The notes beneath the pieces are model-generated. The model did no database searches, was not told the DNA's origin, and saw only the letters and a list, made by a program, of their open reading frames with translations. A stretch of 35,203 nt of DNA, from positions 1 through 35,203 of the forward strand of contig JAPEUI010000151.1 of NCBI GenBank assembly GCA_026025075.1. Reading direction: 5' to 3'. Both the position numbers and the translations under genes were made by a program. This DNA is from Vezdaea acicularis (lineage: Eukaryota). Shown piece by piece: positions 34,844 to 35,203 of this stretch. Position 1 is the stretch's first letter; every line of letters starts with the position of its first letter.

Positions 34844-35203
34844 CTGGGGGTGGGGGGGAGGGGGTGGAAGGAGTTGGGGCTGCTGCGTTCGAGGAGGGAG
34901 GAGGAGGACGAGGGGGGGGGCGGGCGCCTTTTTAGTTGGCGAGCCGCGACACACGCAGCGCGCACCGTCTTTTCTCGTCCTCGCTCGCCTTTCTCGCTCT
35001 TCTCGCTGCTCTCGCCGTCTAATGGCCGCGGCCCAAGCGAGGCGACCGGGGGGCTCCGCTTGGCCGCTTGGCTCTTCTCTCTTGCGCGCGCGCTGCATCC
35101 GCAACGCCCAATACGCCGCCGCGGAGGTGAAGCGAGGTGAAGTGAGGTGAAGTGAAGCACGCCGGTGCTCGTCCGTCCATCCTCGCTCTGCCCTCTGCCC
35201 TCT

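Noticed and set aside
32033..35160. Many long ORFs (100-284 aa) on both strands
   Set aside because: Overlapping, low-complexity translations of microsatellites in GC-rich DNA, many with non-ATG starts and no domain motifs.

Overview
Eukaryotic DNA from a filamentous ascomycete (Pezizomycotina-type genes with short GT-AG introns and CTRAC/CTAAC branch sites). Bases 1-28357 are gene-dense: HEM2 (5' part), a Ser/Pro-rich hypothetical protein, a small Cys-rich ORF, the complex I PSST subunit, a GPI-anchored Ser/Thr-rich protein, a JmjC + zf-4CXXC_R1 (DMM-1-like) chromatin protein, COQ2, a 10-exon SDR, a His-rich small protein, TRAPPC2L/Tca17, an AFG1-like ATPase, KEX1, SFM1, endosulfine/Igo1, MYG1 and ICE2. 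The last ~6.8 kb has no recognisable gene and is rich in simple repeats. Most notable observations: a hidden spliced minus-strand transcript between the JmjC gene and COQ2 that could encode a 68-aa basic microprotein; many non-YAG 3' splice sites (9 of 30 introns I could model); a recurring C-rich to G-rich skew switch; and candidate spliced non-coding transcription in the gene desert. Exon boundaries were inferred by eye from splice consensus and recognised protein motifs; no searches were run. No tRNA, rRNA, transposon or CRISPR was seen.
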